The notes beneath the pieces are model-generated. The model worked only from the letters and a program-made list of their open reading frames with translations. It was not told the origin of the DNA and ran no database searches. This document shows, piece after piece, positions 48,415 to 58,122 of a DNA stretch of 58,555 nucleotides (the first letter of the stretch is position 1; each line of letters starts with the position of its first letter). This DNA comes from Clostridia bacterium (GTDB taxonomy: Bacteria > Bacillota > Clostridia > Oscillospirales > CAG-272): positions 1 through 58,555 of the forward strand of contig JAFTPF010000117.1 in the NCBI GenBank assembly GCA_017463445.1, in the 5' to 3' direction. A program made the position numbers and the translations under genes.

Positions 48415-49824
48415 CTATTTCGTCTTGCTTCTCAGCTTGGTGCGGAAGAATTGGCGCAGGAAGGCGTCCTTGTTGAAGGGGATCACCGGATAGAGATAGC
48501 TGCGACTGCCGTCCACCGTTTTGTTGAGCCCGATCAACAGGAGGATTGCCGCCAGTCCGATGCCGAATCCCCAGGCGTTGAAGAGCGCCGTGGCGAGAAG
48601 GAGAAGGATCCGCATGAACTTGAAGGCGTAGCCCAGCTCGAAGGAGGGCTGGGCAAAGTTGGCCATAGAGACGAACGCCATATAGAGGATGACCTCGGGA
48701 TCCAGCCAGCCTACCTGAATGGCGAAGTCGCCTAGGATCAGACCCGCTACCACCGAGAGGGAGTTGCCCAGCATATTGGGCGTGTTCAGCGATGCCAGCT
48801 TCAGTCCGTCGATGGTGAATTCCACCAGCAAAAGCTGGAGGAGGATGGGAAAGACCGGAGGCTCGGACAGCTTGATAAAGGCGAGCCAGTCGGGGATCCA
48901 GCCGGGATTTTTGATCAGCAGATACCAAAGCGGCGTCAGAAAAAGGGATAGCAGGAAGATCACACCCCGCAGAAAGCGCAGATAGGTGCCCAGTAGGGGC
49001 GGGAAGTAGAAGTCGTCGGTCTCTTGCACAAAGTCGAAGATGCCCACGGGCAGCACCATCAGCTGGGGCGAGGCGTCGCACATGATCAGCACCGAGCCCT
49101 CCAGCAGCATTGCCGCCGCCGCATCGGGACGCTCGGTATAGCGGAATTTGGGGAAGGGATTGTACCATTTGCGGCGGATCAGACACTCCGCCAGCGACTC
49201 CTGACCCAGCGAGAGAGCGTCTACGCGAATCGCGCTGAGCTTGTCGCGGATGGCGTTCACATATCGCTCCTCCGCCCGCCCCTCCACGTAGCAGAGGATC
49301 AGATTGGTGGGCGTGCTGTCGCCGACCTTGAAAAGCTCCAGATGGAGATCGGGAGTAGAGAGTCGCCGCCGCAGGATGGCGGTGTTCTCCAAAAGATGCT
49401 CGGTAAAGCCTTCTCTGGCACCCCGAAGCACCTGATCGTGCTGTGGTTCGGTGATCCCGCGGGAGGGGATGGATTTGGTGTCGGTGACCATCAGGCGGTC
49501 GAATCCGTCCACCAGCAGGACCGAGCTGCCCCCTCTCACCTCCGAGGCGGCGGAGGTGAGGTCATCGGTCAGAGTCAGATTGCCCACCACCAGACAGCGG
49601 GCGGTATAGGTCTCGGCGGTGTCCTCCTTTTTCACGGGACAGCCCAGATAGGAGGCGAGCATCCGCTCCAGACTCTCGGACGAGGTCATGGAGGCGGGGT
49701 AGAGGAGGGTCGCGTCTCGTTCTCCCAAAATCAGCTTCCGCTCTCTGAGGTCAAAGCATTTGCCGTATCCGCAAGCCTCTTTCAAGCTCTCGCGGTCTGT
49801 TTCGTAGTCGCCGGACAGTTTCAT
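48415..49824 (-). CDS. Spore germination protein, GerA/SpoVAF family
   Basis: 469 aa; soluble N-domain plus C-terminal 5-TM domain typical of GerA-subunit/SpoVAF proteins. Confidence 0.8.
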   Translation of the reverse strand: MKLSGDYETDRESLKEACGYGKCFDLRERKLILGERDATLLYPASMTSSESLERMLASYLGCPVKKEDTAETYTARCLVVGNLTLTDDLTSAASEVRGGSSVLLVDGFDRLMVTDTKSIPSRGITEPQHDQVLRGAREGFTEHLLENTAILRRRLSTPDLHLELFKVGDSTPTNLILCYVEGRAEERYVNAIRDKLSAIRVDALSLGQESLAECLIRRKWYNPFPKFRYTERPDAAAAMLLEGSVLIMCDASPQLMVLPVGIFDFVQETDDFYFPPLLGTYLRFLRGVIFLLSLFLTPLWYLLIKNPGWIPDWLAFIKLSEPPVFPILLQLLLVEFTIDGLKLASLNTPNMLGNSLSVVAGLILGDFAIQVGWLDPEVILYMAFVSMANFAQPSFELGYAFKFMRILLLLATALFNAWGFGIGLAAILLLIGLNKTVDGSRSYLYPVIPFNKDAFLRQFFRTKLRSKTK

Positions 49825-49973
49825 AGCGGTCTCCTTCCAAGTGTTGGTTCATAGCAGTATCGACGGCGGCGCCACAAATCATGCAGTTTCCGCAAAATTT
49901 ACATTTTCGGGCTTTACAGAACGGGGTAGGTGTGGTACAATACCGATATAGAGATACGAAAGAAGGTCATTCT

Positions 49974-50729
49974 ATGGATCGCAAAGACGAACTGCGTCAC
50001 AAAATACTGCTGACCGTGGCACTGGTGGTGCTGTCGGGGCTCGTTTTACTGCTGGTTTTGCGCTTTCGGGACAATACTCTTGCGGAGTTCACCTACGAGA
50101 AGGCGGATGGCGGCATCGTGGTGAAGGGCTACTCGGGAGATCCCACCACGCTGGAGGTGCCCGAGAAGATCGACGGGTTTACCGTGGTAGCCATTGCCGA
50201 AAACGCCTTTGCCGCGCAGGTCCGTATCGAAGAGGTGATCCTGCCGAAGACGGTCACCGAGATCAGAGAGGCGGCCTTTGCCGACTGCGAGTCGCTGGAG
50301 AGCGTAGAGGCACCCGGGGTGACAGTGATCCGCATGGAGGCGTTCCAGGGCTGTACTGAACTGGAGGACGTGACCTTCTCCGATAGCCTCGCTGTAGTGG
50401 AGGATCGGGCGTTCCAGGGCTGTAGCAAGCTGACCGCGCTGAAGGCACCCTCCACCCTGACTGAGATCGGCACTGACGCCTTTGCCGGCTGCGGCAATCT
50501 GCATTTGGACGTGAGCGAGAATCCGCTGGCGGCAGAGGTGGCGCTGCAGTACGGACTTTCCACCGACGGAAGTGATACCTCCGACGGAATGTGGCTGCGC
50601 ATTGCGGGCGCGACCCTGCTGCTCGGCGCCTTCGTGGCGGTGGTATGGTTGATCATTGCTAAGACTGCCAAGGCAAAGCGAGGCAGAGATCCCATTCCAA
50701 CCGCAACGGGAAGCGGTGAAGAAAAATAA
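49974..50729 (+). CDS. Membrane-anchored BspA-type leucine-rich-repeat protein
   Basis: ATG 49974 (RBS AGAAGG); N-terminal TM, LRR_5 units (IxENAFxxCxxLE), C-terminal TM. Confidence 0.75.
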   Translation: MDRKDELRHKILLTVALVVLSGLVLLLVLRFRDNTLAEFTYEKADGGIVVKGYSGDPTTLEVPEKIDGFTVVAIAENAFAAQVRIEEVILPKTVTEIREAAFADCESLESVEAPGVTVIRMEAFQGCTELEDVTFSDSLAVVEDRAFQGCSKLTALKAPSTLTEIGTDAFAGCGNLHLDVSENPLAAEVALQYGLSTDGSDTSDGMWLRIAGATLLLGAFVAVVWLIIAKTAKAKRGRDPIPTATGSGEEK

Positions 50730-50761
50730 CGCGATTTTTTGAAAAATTTTTCAAAAAGGGC

Positions 50762-50790
50762 TTGACAAGCGGCATCGTTTGTGCTATTAT
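50762..50790 (+). promoter_or_regulatory. Sigma-A promoter of tRNA-Arg
   Basis: TTGACA-17-TGcTATTAT. Confidence 0.7.
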
Positions 50791-50807
50791 ATTTAGGCAA
50801 TCGATGT

Positions 50808-50883
50808 GCGCCCTTAGCTCAGCGGATAGAGTGCCCGGCTACGAACCGGTAGGTCAGAGGTTCGAATCCTCTAGGGCGCGCCA
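50808..50883 (+). tRNA. tRNA-Arg (anticodon ACG)
   Basis: GCGCCCT acceptor, TAGCTCAGCGGATAGAG D-arm, loop CTACGAA, GGTTCGAATCC T-loop, encoded CCA. Confidence 0.85.
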
Positions 50884-50885
50884 GC

Positions 50886-50921
50886 AAAAAAGCCTATCAC
50901 ACTTGTGTGATAGGCTTTTTT
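50886..50921 (+). terminator. Intrinsic terminator after tRNA-Arg
   Basis: AAAAAAGCCTATCACA-CTTG-TGTGATAGGCTTTTTT. Confidence 0.85.
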
Positions 50922-50925
50922 GCGC

Positions 50926-51056
50926 GATGTGTTCCGCAAGCGGAACGTGATGTGCACTTCGTGCGTGTGACGGAACACATCACATCACTTTGCGCCAAAG
51001 GCGCAATACATCACTGTGCGTAGCACAACATCACTGTGGCTTACCGCAATATCACC
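50926..51056 (+). repeat. Array of short variable hairpins punctuated by CATCAC(T) / GTGATG motifs
   Basis: CATCAC at 50978, 51009, 51029 (ATCAC at 50984, 51051), GTGATG at 50947. Hairpins TTGCGCC/GGCGCAA, GTGC/GCAC, GTGG/CCGC lie between. 11-bp long-range inverted repeat 50926-50936 / 50971-50981. Confidence 0.7.
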
Positions 51057-51058
51057 CT

Positions 51059-51086
51059 TTGCAAATAGTCTCGTATATGCTATACT
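51059..51086 (+). promoter_or_regulatory. Promoter of the four-helix-bundle gene
   Basis: TTGCAA-16-TGcTATACT. Confidence 0.5.
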
Positions 51087-51106
51087 GTAAACAGAAAGTG
51101 AGGCGC

Positions 51107-51406
51107 ATGAAAATGGCGAAATCAAAATTACGGGAGCTCGCAATGGATTTTTCGGTTGACATCTTAAATCTTGTCAAACACCTTAAATCCAATCGCGAAA
51201 CGATTATTGCAACCCAAATCGGCAGAAGCGGTACTTCCATCGGTGCTAATATTTATGAAGCACGGTATGCACAGGGCAAAAAGGATTTTGTATCCAAATT
51301 GGAAATTGCGCTGAAAGAAGCAAGCGAAACAGGCTATTGGCTTGAACTGCTATATAAGACAAATATTGTAGAGTATATAGTAAATCAATCGCACTTTTGT
51401 TGGTAG
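51107..51406 (+). CDS. Four-helix-bundle protein (23S rRNA intervening-sequence protein family), short C-terminus
   Basis: LRELAMDFSVDILNL...QIGRSGTSIGANIYEA...ALKEASETGYWLELL family signature; low-GC gene; start 51107 or 51113. Confidence 0.8.
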   Translation: MKMAKSKLRELAMDFSVDILNLVKHLKSNRETIIATQIGRSGTSIGANIYEARYAQGKKDFVSKLEIALKEASETGYWLELLYKTNIVEYIVNQSHFCW

Positions 51407-51427
51407 ACAAAGGTGCGGTTTTTCTTT
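51390..51427 (+). terminator. Intrinsic terminator whose loop contains the stop codon of the four-helix-bundle gene
   Basis: CGCACTTTTG-N8-CAAAGGTGCG followed by GTTTTTCTTT. Confidence 0.6.
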
Positions 51428-51434
51428 CGGTATA

Positions 51435-51463
51435 TTGACAGATCCCGCAAATTATGGTATAGT
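51435..51463 (+). promoter_or_regulatory. Sigma-A promoter of the GH38 gene
   Basis: TTGACA-17-TGgTATAGT. Confidence 0.6.
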
Positions 51464-51493
51464 AAAATCAAAACGACCTCAAGGAGGCAACCG

Positions 51494-54004
51494 ATGAAAA
51501 CCTATCTTTTCTGTAACGCACATCTTGATCCCGTCTGGCTCTGGCAATGGGAGTCGGGACTTGCCGAGGGACTGTCCACCTTCCGCGCAGCGTCGGATTT
51601 CGTGGACGAGTACCCCGATTTCATCTTCAATCACAACGAATCCCTCCTCTACGAGTGGGTGGAGGAGCACGAGCCCGCCCTCTTTGAGCGGATCAAGAAG
51701 CAGGTGGCGGACGGTCGCTGGAAGATTGTGGGCGGCTGGTTCCTGCAGCCCGATTGCAACATTCCCTCGGGGGAATCCATCTTCCGTCAGGTGCTTCGCG
51801 GGCGCATCTACTTCTACGACAAGTTCGGCAAAGTCCCCGTGACGGCGGTGAACTTCGACTCCTTCGGTCACGCCCAGGGCTTGGTGCAGATGCTGAACAA
51901 GTGCGGCTATCAGTATTACGTCAACATCCGTCCCGGCAGAGGCGAGTATGATTTCGACAGCGAGGACTTCCTCTGGAAGGGCTACGATGGCTCCGAGATC
52001 ATCGTTCACCGCTCGGACCGGGGCTATAACTCGGTCTTCGGCACGGCGGCAGAGGAAGTGAAGAAGTTTAATGAAAAGTGGGTGGAGAACGAAAACGGTC
52101 TCTTCCTTTGGGGGGTGGGTAACCACGGCGGTGGTCCCTCCCGCAAGGATCTGGACGATCTCGCCCGCCTGAAGGCAGAGGGGATGGACATCGTTCACTC
52201 CCATCCGGACGAGTATTTCGCCACCGTGGATCGCGACAAGATCCCCGTGGTGGATCGGGGACTCAACCACATCATGCAGGGCTGCTACACCTCCATCATC
52301 CGCATCAAGCAGATGCACCGCAGATTGGAAAACGATCTGGTGATGGTGGAAAAGATGGCGTCTCACGCCGCTCTGGCGGGGCTGTCCACCTATGAGAAAC
52401 AGCAGATCGACGACGCTTGGCGGGATCTGCTCTTCGCCGAGTTCCACGACTCTCTCCCCGGCTCCTGCATCCAGCCTGTGGAGGAGGACACTCTCCGCAT
52501 TCTCGATCACGGTCTGGAGATCACCAACAAGCTCAAAGCGAAGTATTTCCTCGCCCTATCTGCCGGACAGGAGAAGATCCGCGACGGCAACAGCGTGCCG
52601 ATCCTGGTCTATAATCCTCATCCCTTCACCTACGATCAGCCCATCGACGTGGAGTTTCTCTTGCCGAAACAGCTCTGGCACAAGGAGTTTTCCAATCCCA
52701 TCGTCTATCGGGACGGTGAGCGTATCCCTTGCCAGTCGGCGAAGGAATCTGCCAACTTCTATATGGACTGGTGCAAGCGGGTGATCTTCGAGGCACCTCT
52801 GCCACCCGCATCGGTGACCCGCTTTGATGTCTTCTTTGAGGTCATCGAGAGGCGTCCCACGCCCGATCCTCTTCCTCTCTTCCACAGACGTCCCGACGGC
52901 GGTCGCCCCGTTTACCGTGGCATTCACATCGAGACCGCCAAGGGGAGCGTCAGCATCAACCCTCGCACCGGCTTGGTGGATAGCTATATCGTGGACGGCA
53001 AGGAGTTCTTTAAGCGGGGAGCCCTTTCGGTGGACGTCTTTGCTGATACCTTCAACTGCTGGGACGGCAGACCCTTCTTCAATCCCAGAACGCCTATCGG
53101 TAGCTTTACCCCCATGACTCCCGGTCAGGCCACCGACTTTGCCGGCGTCAAGGGTTCGCTGGTCGTACCCGTCCGCATCACCGATGACGGCGAGGTCAGT
53201 GTAGTGATCGAAGCCGATCTGCAGTACAATCTCTCTCGAATGCTGGTGCGCTACATTGTCAACAAGCTGACCGGCGTGCTGGAGATGGAGATTCGCGTTT
53301 TCTACGCCGAGAACGAAAAGCGGCTGAAATTGATGGTCCCCACCACGCTGGAGAGCGGCGAATATATGGGGCAGACCATCTTCGGCAGAGAGAAGCTTCG
53401 CGCCGACTACTGGGAGGTGCTTGCCCAGTATTGGCAGGCGGTCTCGGACGACGAGTACGCCCTTGCCATCATCGACGACGGCGTCTACGGCTCCCATTGC
53501 CACGCGGGCGAGGTAGGACTTTCCCTGGTTCGCTCAGCAGGCTACGGCGCAGGACGCTCCTCCTGGGGCGAGCCCTTCCACGAGTCCATGTATCAGCAGA
53601 GAATGGATCAGGGCGAGCGCCGATATCGCTTCCGCTTTGAGGCGGGCAAGAAGGACGAGGTCCTTTCCCGTATCGACCGCGCGGCGGCGATCTTCAATCA
53701 GCGGGCGTATGCGCTGGCGTTCTGTCCCTCGGGAGAGGGAGTCAAGCCCGCGCCGCTGGTGACGGTGGATCGGGAAAACGTGACTCTCTCCTGCTTCAAG
53801 CAGAGCGAGCGGGATGAGCGGGTCTACATCCTTCGCCTGTTCGAGTGTCAGGGCATCGCTACCGAGGCAAAGGTGGAGATCCCCGTGGCGGGCGCGGCTT
53901 TTGAAGCGGCGTTCAAACCCTTCGAGATCAAGACCTTCCGTCTGAAAGACGGCAAGATCACCGAAACCGATATGCTGGAAGGCGCGGTGGAGCTACCGCG
54001 GTAA
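51494..54004 (+). CDS. GH38 alpha-mannosidase
   Basis: MKTYLFCNAHLDPVWLWQWESG..., WFLQPDCNIPSGESI; RBS AAGGAGG before ATG 51494. Confidence 0.9.
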   Translation: MKTYLFCNAHLDPVWLWQWESGLAEGLSTFRAASDFVDEYPDFIFNHNESLLYEWVEEHEPALFERIKKQVADGRWKIVGGWFLQPDCNIPSGESIFRQVLRGRIYFYDKFGKVPVTAVNFDSFGHAQGLVQMLNKCGYQYYVNIRPGRGEYDFDSEDFLWKGYDGSEIIVHRSDRGYNSVFGTAAEEVKKFNEKWVENENGLFLWGVGNHGGGPSRKDLDDLARLKAEGMDIVHSHPDEYFATVDRDKIPVVDRGLNHIMQGCYTSIIRIKQMHRRLENDLVMVEKMASHAALAGLSTYEKQQIDDAWRDLLFAEFHDSLPGSCIQPVEEDTLRILDHGLEITNKLKAKYFLALSAGQEKIRDGNSVPILVYNPHPFTYDQPIDVEFLLPKQLWHKEFSNPIVYRDGERIPCQSAKESANFYMDWCKRVIFEAPLPPASVTRFDVFFEVIERRPTPDPLPLFHRRPDGGRPVYRGIHIETAKGSVSINPRTGLVDSYIVDGKEFFKRGALSVDVFADTFNCWDGRPFFNPRTPIGSFTPMTPGQATDFAGVKGSLVVPVRITDDGEVSVVIEADLQYNLSRMLVRYIVNKLTGVLEMEIRVFYAENEKRLKLMVPTTLESGEYMGQTIFGREKLRADYWEVLAQYWQAVSDDEYALAIIDDGVYGSHCHAGEVGLSLVRSAGYGAGRSSWGEPFHESMYQQRMDQGERRYRFRFEAGKKDEVLSRIDRAAAIFNQRAYALAFCPSGEGVKPAPLVTVDRENVTLSCFKQSERDERVYILRLFECQGIATEAKVEIPVAGAAFEAAFKPFEIKTFRLKDGKITETDMLEGAVELPR

Positions 54005-54059
54005 ATGAATAGGAAAAATCCTATTGCTTGCAAGCGTGCAGGCAATAGGATTTTTTTGA

Positions 54060-56687
54060 TTACGAATGGAAAATCTGCAGTATTGCTCCCGCACCTACCG
54101 TGACGGGGGTCGCAAAGCGGAGGGTATCGCCGTCGAGGGTGAAGTCGACGGGAGAGCCGTCGAGGGTGACACTCGTCCAATCGTCCGCAGGCAGGCGAAG
54201 GGCGGAGAGGGGAAAGCTACCCTCGGTGCAACGGATGGTGCAAACGCCTGCAGTAAACTCTGCCGTGCCGATGCCCTCGGGGGTGCAGATAGGCGCGCGG
54301 AAGGACTTTTTCGCAGTGGGACGGATGACAGGACGCAGAGTCAGAGACTGCTTGGGCGCGTCCACTCCCAGTCCCAGTGCCGCGTGGAGGGTGGACCAAG
54401 AGGAGAGGGGACGGGAATAGCGGTAACCGCATTCCCAATGATCCCAATAATGTCCGAAGCGCGCCTGAGAGCGGTTCACCGTCTCTACGGCGGTGAGGGC
54501 ATCCTTCTGCTTGCCTTCGATCAGAAGAAGGGCGGCGAAGGCGTAGCCGATGCCCGTCCACTCGGCTTCCGCCTGACAGTTTTGGTGGGTGTAAAGAGTG
54601 GTGGTGTGACCCTCGGGACAGGAGGCGTTCACCAGCCCTGTCTCGGGAGTGTAATTGTGTCGCCAGATGGTGGAGAGCACGCGCCTTACCCGACGGTCGG
54701 GGAGGTTGCCGTCAAGACCGATCATCCGCAGGAACCATTCGCCGTCCAGCTGGTCGGTCATCAGACAGCCGTCGGTAGCGTCGTCGGTGCGCCAAAGGTC
54801 GTAATATTCGCCGTTCCACAGGAGCTTTTCCAGCGACCGCCTGCCGCGGGAGAGCAGCGCCGACCACTTTTTGCGGTTTTTAGTATCGCCACGCCGGTCG
54901 GCAAGAAGCGTGCCTGCTTTGAGTGCCGCCAGCCAAAGGATGGAGATGTAACAGGGCGTGCCCGACAGATGCCAGGCATCGTAGGTGTTGCGCCCCGTGT
55001 CGGTGTCGGGGAGACCGTCGCCGTTTTGGTCCAGCAGTGCGATGCTCTCGACGGCGCGTACCACGGGGGTGTACATTCGGTCGAGATAACCCTCGTCGCC
55101 GGTGAAGAGATAGTCGCGGCAGACCATCAGCACGAACTGGGGGTTCATGTCCACCCGGTCGAATCCCCAGTCGGTGTGGTAGAGGTCGGGGGTGAAGAAG
55201 TGATGGACTCTGCCGTCCTCTCTTTGGAAGGCGGCACCCATTTCCATCTGCCTCAGCTGAAGAGAGGGGAAGAGGGCAAGGAGCCCGAAGGAGGCGTGGT
55301 AGGTGATGTCGGTGGTGTGGAAGCCGCAGTAGCCAAGCCCCTCCCAGATGCCGAATTTGCCATCGCGGAGCCACCAGCTGCACTTGACCAGCGTGGAAAG
55401 CTGGCTCGACCAGCACTCGGGGTAGGCCTCGGGAAGCGTGGTGTCGAAGAGGAGATCGGCAAAGGTGGCGGCTTTGCGGTCCAGTCGGTTTTCTGCAAGG
55501 TCTTGAGTCACTTCAAAGGCGTTTTGGAAGAATTTTTCGTAATAATGCCCCATTTCCTCGCCCGATTCGCTGAAATGATGGGGGAAGTACCAGCTGTAGA
55601 CGAAGCGAACCTCACACTCACCGCCTGCGGGGAGGGTGAGGGTGTGGCAGAGCGCACCTGCGCCGAAGGCGTTCTCCTTCTCGCACTCCATCCGTCCCAT
55701 CTGACGGTAGTAGCAGCGCAAAAACGCCTCTTTTTCGCTCCGATCATTGGGAAAGCCGGGGATGATGTGGCGGATGCGGCGAAGCAGTGATTTTGCCGAG
55801 GCAAAATAGCAGATCCGCAGGTAGCGCGTAGCGATCTCCTCGTCGGAGAGGTTAGCCAGCACCTCGGGAGCGGGACGGTCGGTGGGATCGGGCGCAGAGA
55901 AGGGGGAAAGAGAGTTGCTGGGAGTATCGGGGAGCCTGCCGCTCTCGCGGAAGCCGAAGAGGAAGGATTCCTGTGAGATGCCAAACTCGGAGGCGGCAAC
56001 GTACTCCCGCAAAAAGCGGTGGTAATCGCCGCCGATGCAGGTGGTTTCGCCGTCACCTTCTACCGACAGGCAGAGCGAGCCGTGATCCGAGGCGGTGCCC
56101 TGGGAGGAGGAGAGGAGCGCTACCCGTCCGTCCTGCGCGACGACGCGGCTTTGTCGACCTTCGGGGTTCAGGAATGCACCCAGTGACCGTCCCAGCAGGC
56201 TGACCTTGATCGGCTTGTCGGTGGGATTTTTCACTTGAAAGGTAAGATAGAAGCCCGGCGTCCCCGACGCGTCGGCATCGTGAGGGACGAAGGGAGAGAC
56301 GGCACGCAGGGACAGCTTGATCGGCAGGGCAGGATCGCGGTAATCGAGATCGCAGACGGGAAAGCGTCCGTCGAAGGCGATCTCCTCCACGGGCTTGTTC
56401 CAGGCGTACATCCGATAGGTGAACTCGTCGGGATCGGTCTTCTGTCCCAGCTTGCGGACGATGGGAGCCTCGCCCTCGATCTCGGTGCGTACCCAGAAGG
56501 AGAGGTCGCCGGTGTGACCCTCGCCGTCGTCTACCTTATTCTCGCGGCAGCAGGTCGCCCAGCGGGGCGTGTTATAGATCTGAAACTGATGGAATTCGCC
56601 GTCGGGGAAGAGCTCCACGCTGCCGGTTCCGATGCCGCCCAGTGCGATGCCGCAGGTCTGCTGTTTGGTGGATGTGAATTTTGCCAT
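54060..56687 (-). CDS. GH116-family glycoside hydrolase (beta-glucosidase/glucosylceramidase-like)
   Basis: MAKFTSTKQQTCGIALGGIGTGSVELFPDGEF N-terminus; ATG 56687 with GGAGA RBS; the track start 56759 lies inside a repeat hairpin. Confidence 0.85.
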   Translation of the reverse strand: MAKFTSTKQQTCGIALGGIGTGSVELFPDGEFHQFQIYNTPRWATCCRENKVDDGEGHTGDLSFWVRTEIEGEAPIVRKLGQKTDPDEFTYRMYAWNKPVEEIAFDGRFPVCDLDYRDPALPIKLSLRAVSPFVPHDADASGTPGFYLTFQVKNPTDKPIKVSLLGRSLGAFLNPEGRQSRVVAQDGRVALLSSSQGTASDHGSLCLSVEGDGETTCIGGDYHRFLREYVAASEFGISQESFLFGFRESGRLPDTPSNSLSPFSAPDPTDRPAPEVLANLSDEEIATRYLRICYFASAKSLLRRIRHIIPGFPNDRSEKEAFLRCYYRQMGRMECEKENAFGAGALCHTLTLPAGGECEVRFVYSWYFPHHFSESGEEMGHYYEKFFQNAFEVTQDLAENRLDRKAATFADLLFDTTLPEAYPECWSSQLSTLVKCSWWLRDGKFGIWEGLGYCGFHTTDITYHASFGLLALFPSLQLRQMEMGAAFQREDGRVHHFFTPDLYHTDWGFDRVDMNPQFVLMVCRDYLFTGDEGYLDRMYTPVVRAVESIALLDQNGDGLPDTDTGRNTYDAWHLSGTPCYISILWLAALKAGTLLADRRGDTKNRKKWSALLSRGRRSLEKLLWNGEYYDLWRTDDATDGCLMTDQLDGEWFLRMIGLDGNLPDRRVRRVLSTIWRHNYTPETGLVNASCPEGHTTTLYTHQNCQAEAEWTGIGYAFAALLLIEGKQKDALTAVETVNRSQARFGHYWDHWECGYRYSRPLSSWSTLHAALGLGVDAPKQSLTLRPVIRPTAKKSFRAPICTPEGIGTAEFTAGVCTIRCTEGSFPLSALRLPADDWTSVTLDGSPVDFTLDGDTLRFATPVTVGAGAILQIFHS

Positions 56688-56734
56688 AGTTGTAAGTCTC
56701 CGAATATTATTAATATAAGCGGAATTGCGAAGAA

Positions 56735-56807
56735 TCTGAGGCGGGAAGAACCATCTCAAACGCCGAAGTTTCTTCCCGCCTCAGACTCCACCCAACTCCT
56801 TGGCTGG
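56735..56807 (+). repeat. Family B structured repeat, copy 3
   Basis: 16-bp perfect stem TCTGAGGCGGGAAGAA/TTCTTCCCGCCTCAGA around the identical 19-nt loop; tail CTCCACCCAACTCCTTGGCTGG. Confidence 0.8.
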
Positions 56808-56823
56808 TCGGTGCGTACATATC

Positions 56824-56868
56824 AGAGCCCGACGAAGTATTTCGTCGGGCTCTTAGAAAGTTCTTGGG
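56824..56868 (-). repeat. Hairpin E plus tail after the alcohol dehydrogenase stop
   Basis: AGAGCCCGACGAAGTATTTCGTCGGGCTCT followed by TAGAAAGTTCTTGGGG (reverse complement of the CCTCAAGAACTT-type tail). Confidence 0.55.
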
Positions 56869-56904
56869 GATTCTCAAGGACCGGAGTCCCCTGCGGAGCC
56901 ACAA

Positions 56905-58122
56905 TTAGAAATCAACTTCCAGATCGTAGTAGCAGCACTTGAAGAGCTTTTCCATTTCCTCCTGAGAGGGCTGGCGGGGGTTGGAGCCGGTGCAGGCGTC
57001 GCCAATGGCGTTCTTTGCGATCTCGGGCAGACGAGCCAGGAATACATCCTCGGGAACGAAGCCCTGCTCGCAGGGATAGCTGTCGGCACCGTAGTTTTTG
57101 ATGCACTGAGGGATGTTCAGATCGTCGTTCATCTTGCGCAGATAAGCGATCAGGTTTGCAACCTTCTCGTCGTCGCTCTCGCCGCCCAGCTTCATTTCGT
57201 CAGCGATCTGACCGTAACGGGCCTTGGCGGTGGGATCCTTGGCGTTGTAGGCGATGACCTTGGGCAGGTACATTGCGTTTGCCGCGCCGTGGATGATGTG
57301 TGCGCCGTAGTCCTCGAATATAGCGCCGGTCTTGTGTGCCATGGAGTGAACGATACCCAGGAGAGCGTTGGAGAACGCCATACCTGCCAGACACTGTGCG
57401 TTGTGCATAGACGCACGCTTTTCCATGTCGCCGTTGTAGGAGTCAACCAGATCGGACTGGATCATCTTGATGGCACCGATGGCAAGAGGATTGGTGAAGT
57501 CGCAGTTTGCGGTGGAAACGTATGCCTCGACCGCGTGGGTCATTGCGTCCATACCGGTGTGCGCAACCAGCTTCTTGGGCATAGTCTCAGCCAGATCGGG
57601 ATCGACGATGGCAACGTCGGGAGTGATCTCGAAGTCAGCCAGGGGATATTTGATGCCCTTCTCGTAGTCGGTGATGACAGCGAAGGCAGTCACCTCGGTA
57701 GCAGTACCGGAGGTAGAGGGGATCGCACAGAAGCGAGCCTTCTTGCGCAGCTCGGGAATGCCGAATACTACGCACATCTGCTCAAAGGTGATCTCGGGGT
57801 ACTCGTACTTGATCCACATCGCCTTTGCGGCATCGATGGGAGAACCGCCGCCTACTGCGACGATCCAGTCGGGCTGGAACTCTGCCATGGCGGCAGCGCC
57901 CTTCATCACGGTGTCAACCGAAGGGTCGGGCTCGATGCCCTCGAAGAGCTGAACCTCCATGCCTGCTTCCTGCAGGTAGCCGACGATCTTGTCCAAAAAG
58001 CCGAACCGCTTCATGGAGCCGCCGCCTACGCAAACCATTGCGCGAGTGCCCTTAAAGGTCTTCAGAACCTCCATGGAGCCCTTGCCGTGGTACAAATCTC
58101 TGGGTAATGTAAATCTTGCCAT
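56905..58122 (-). CDS. Iron-containing alcohol dehydrogenase
   Basis: 405 aa; GGGSxxD NAD motif (VGGGSPIDAAK), His-rich metal site (HTGMDAMTHAVE, HSMAHK). Confidence 0.9.
   Translation of the reverse strand: MARFTLPRDLYHGKGSMEVLKTFKGTRAMVCVGGGSMKRFGFLDKIVGYLQEAGMEVQLFEGIEPDPSVDTVMKGAAAMAEFQPDWIVAVGGGSPIDAAKAMWIKYEYPEITFEQMCVVFGIPELRKKARFCAIPSTSGTATEVTAFAVITDYEKGIKYPLADFEITPDVAIVDPDLAETMPKKLVAHTGMDAMTHAVEAYVSTANCDFTNPLAIGAIKMIQSDLVDSYNGDMEKRASMHNAQCLAGMAFSNALLGIVHSMAHKTGAIFEDYGAHIIHGAANAMYLPKVIAYNAKDPTAKARYGQIADEMKLGGESDDEKVANLIAYLRKMNDDLNIPQCIKNYGADSYPCEQGFVPEDVFLARLPEIAKNAIGDACTGSNPRQPSQEEMEKLFKCCYYDLEVDF

Noticed and set aside
50926-51056. Possible CRISPR array (CATCAC-punctuated repeats; also the many intergenic hairpin repeats).
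   Set aside because: The repeat core is only 6-7 nt with a 20-26-nt period. There are no 25-40-nt direct repeats with unique spacers and no cas genes in the window.
51404-51494. Same-frame continuity across the TAG between the four-helix-bundle ORF and the GH38 track ORF (possible readthrough fusion).
   Set aside because: The intervening sequence contains a terminator hairpin with a T-run and a consensus promoter for the GH38 gene, and the GH38 family N-terminus begins at 51494. The shared frame is coincidental.
56688-56759. N-terminal extensions in the ORF track (54060..56759, 20238, 35389, 49881, 51413, 17452, 50990, 43660, 15778).
   Set aside because: The extensions lack an RBS and overlap promoters, terminators or repeat hairpins. 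Internal ATGs with good Shine-Dalgarno sequences match the family N-termini.
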